Shown: in pieces, positions 62,509-64,000 of the stretch
How the letters are laid out: each line of letters opens with the position of its first letter
Position numbering within the stretch: the first letter of the stretch is position 1
From: Candidatus Omnitrophota bacterium
Lineage (GTDB): Bacteria; Omnitrophota; Gorgyraeia; Gygaellales; Profunditerraquicolaceae
Assembly: GCA_028712505.1 (NCBI GenBank)
Contig: JAQTQC010000001.1
Location: 13,635-77,634, forward strand
Length of the DNA stretch: 64,000 bases
Direction: 5' to 3'
Made by a program: the position numbers and the translations under genes
The notes under the pieces: model-generated
What the model saw: the letters and a program-made list of their open reading frames with translations, nothing else
Databases searched by the model: none
What the model was told of the DNA's origin: nothing

Positions 62509-63993
62509 ATGCGCATCCTATTAATCAACCCCAGTTCAGAATTAAATATTGAAGCCAGAAAATACAGCAGGTTTGTTTCCCCTTTGCCTCCTTCGGGGAT
62601 CGCCTATATCGCCGCGGTTTTGGAGGCCGACGGTTTTGAGGTCTTTATCGAGGATCAGTTTGCCAGCCGGATCGGCAATAAACAGCTTTTGGAAAGAGTT
62701 AAATCTATAAATCCTCAAGTCGTTGGCTTTTCCTGCCTTACTACCGCGATGAACAACGTCGGCTTCTTGATTAATGAGATTAAAAAGCAGGATAAGAATG
62801 TCAAAATTGTCCTGGGGAATATTCACCCTACCTTATTTGCTCAGGAAGTTCTTGAGCAGGGATTAGTCGATGTTGCTGTTCGCGGTGAAGGAGAGTTTAG
62901 CATGCTGGAGACGGCTTGCGCCCTGCAAAATGAGGGTGACCTGGGGAAAGTTAAAGGGATAAGCTTTAAGCGTAACGGCCAGGTATTCCATAATCCGGAT
63001 CGAGAACTCGTCCCGGAGTTAAAAGCCCTACCCTATCCTGCCTGGCATCTTTTTGACCTAAGTCTGTATACTAATTTTCCGGTAATCGGCGTCTATAACG
63101 AAATTATTTTGCCGATACAAGCTTCGCGTGGCTGTCCTTACAGGTGTTATTTTTGTTCCCAGGACAAAGTTTATCCCGTATCGCGTTACCGCAAGATAAA
63201 AGATGTAGTGGATGAGATTGAAGTGCTGGCGGATAAATTCCAGGTCAAGCATTTTGGTTTTAACGACGCATATTTCCCTTTTTCGGTGGAACACGGGCTG
63301 GAATTTTGTGATGAGCTAATACACCGGGGTCTGCATAAAAGAATTAAATGGATTACGGAGACTAGAGTGGACAAGGTTAGCTTGGAGCTTTTAAGAAAAA
63401 TGAAAGAGGCGGGATTAAGGTTAATCTTGTATGGTTTCGAGTCGGGGAATCAAGAGATCCTGAATAGCATAAATAAGTCCGCAACCCTTGAACAGGCAAG
63501 GATAGCCGTAGAGTTGACCAAGAAGGCGGGGATTTTTATCTCCGGACTTTTTATCTTGGGCCTGCCGGGAGAGACCGCGCAGACTTGTTTTGATACAATT
63601 CGTTTCGCCAAAGAAATTGATCCTGAGATTGCTAAGTTTAATATTGCTGTTCCTTTTCCCGGTTCAAAATTCTTTGAAGATCAAAGAAGCAAGATCGGAG
63701 GATCGTCCGAATACAGAAAGTTCTCCAGCTGGTATGATTTTTATTCCGCCAAAGGGAACCTTATCTATAGCCCAGATTCTATCTCTAGCGAAGAATTGCG
63801 CAATTTGCAGCGGAAGGCGATGTTTGAGTTTTATTTAAGGCCGACTAAAATCTGGAGGCATCTAACCGGGGGGATATTTCCTCTCCGGGATTTATTATAC
63901 GGGTTTTATGTTTTGATGGATAATTATTCAAGGTTTATCTTTGACCGGTTAACCTGCGGTTTCCGGGGTAGAGCTAAAAAAATGCAAAAATAA
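62509..63993 (+). CDS. B12-binding-domain radical SAM protein (class B), paralog 3
   Basis: 'MRILLINPS...PSGIAYIAAVLEADGF' B12-binding domain, then 'ASRGCPYRCYFCSQ'. 494 aa. Confidence 0.8.
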   Translation: MRILLINPSSELNIEARKYSRFVSPLPPSGIAYIAAVLEADGFEVFIEDQFASRIGNKQLLERVKSINPQVVGFSCLTTAMNNVGFLINEIKKQDKNVKIVLGNIHPTLFAQEVLEQGLVDVAVRGEGEFSMLETACALQNEGDLGKVKGISFKRNGQVFHNPDRELVPELKALPYPAWHLFDLSLYTNFPVIGVYNEIILPIQASRGCPYRCYFCSQDKVYPVSRYRKIKDVVDEIEVLADKFQVKHFGFNDAYFPFSVEHGLEFCDELIHRGLHKRIKWITETRVDKVSLELLRKMKEAGLRLILYGFESGNQEILNSINKSATLEQARIAVELTKKAGIFISGLFILGLPGETAQTCFDTIRFAKEIDPEIAKFNIAVPFPGSKFFEDQRSKIGGSSEYRKFSSWYDFYSAKGNLIYSPDSISSEELRNLQRKAMFEFYLRPTKIWRHLTGGIFPLRDLLYGFYVLMDNYSRFIFDRLTCGFRGRAKKMQK

Positions 63994-64000
63994 AAATGTA

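Overview
This window is about 64 kb of a bacterial chromosome centred on the replication origin. Every gene from 1 to 39309 is on the minus strand and every gene from 39635 to the end is on the plus strand. The switch falls at a 325-bp AT-rich intergenic region (39310-39634) that carries a perfect DnaA box (TTATCCACA) and promoter-like -10/-35 elements. It lies between rpmH-yidD-yidC-jag-parA-parB on the left and dnaA-dnaN-DUF721(DciA-like)-gyrB-(membrane protein)-gyrA on the right.

The left arm is mostly housekeeping: 2-oxoacid:ferredoxin oxidoreductase subunits, dxs, xseAB, rny-ymdB, 5-formyl-THF cyclo-ligase, IscU, a MetV-like zinc-ribbon protein, uvrD, a 1266-aa exported protein with an internal MidA/DUF185-like domain, a cyclophilin, a membrane-anchored EF-G paralog, rarA, pheST, a trkH/trkA potassium-uptake operon, rplT-rpmI-infC-thrS, three tRNAs (Cys, Leu, Val), coaC-rpoZ-gmk-yicC and ndk.

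The right arm, after tRNA-Glu, glmS and rsmI, holds a roughly 13-kb co-directional cluster that I cannot map to any described pathway. It begins with a strongly promoted 36-aa Lys-rich ORF with a C-terminal ...RYCRSGRVLW. It continues with a radical-SAM/SPASM enzyme, three paralogous B12-binding radical-SAM enzymes, a secreted protein built from three ~100-aa repeats, two GT-C (PMT/ArnT-like) membrane glycosyltransferases and a tandem pair of U32-family (UbiU/UbiV-like) proteins. This cluster is the main candidate for a new system.

Other points worth a second look are an EF-G paralog fused to an N-terminal transmembrane helix plus a ~320-aa coiled-coil region; a 38-aa hydrophobic ORF translationally coupled between trkA and trkH; rpmH abutting yidD with no rnpA; and a 21-bp perfect direct repeat upstream of the MetV-like/IscU/5-FCL operon. 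No CRISPR arrays, rRNA genes, IS elements or prophage genes were seen. Manually derived coordinates (tRNAs, small ORFs, motifs) may be off by 1-2 nt.
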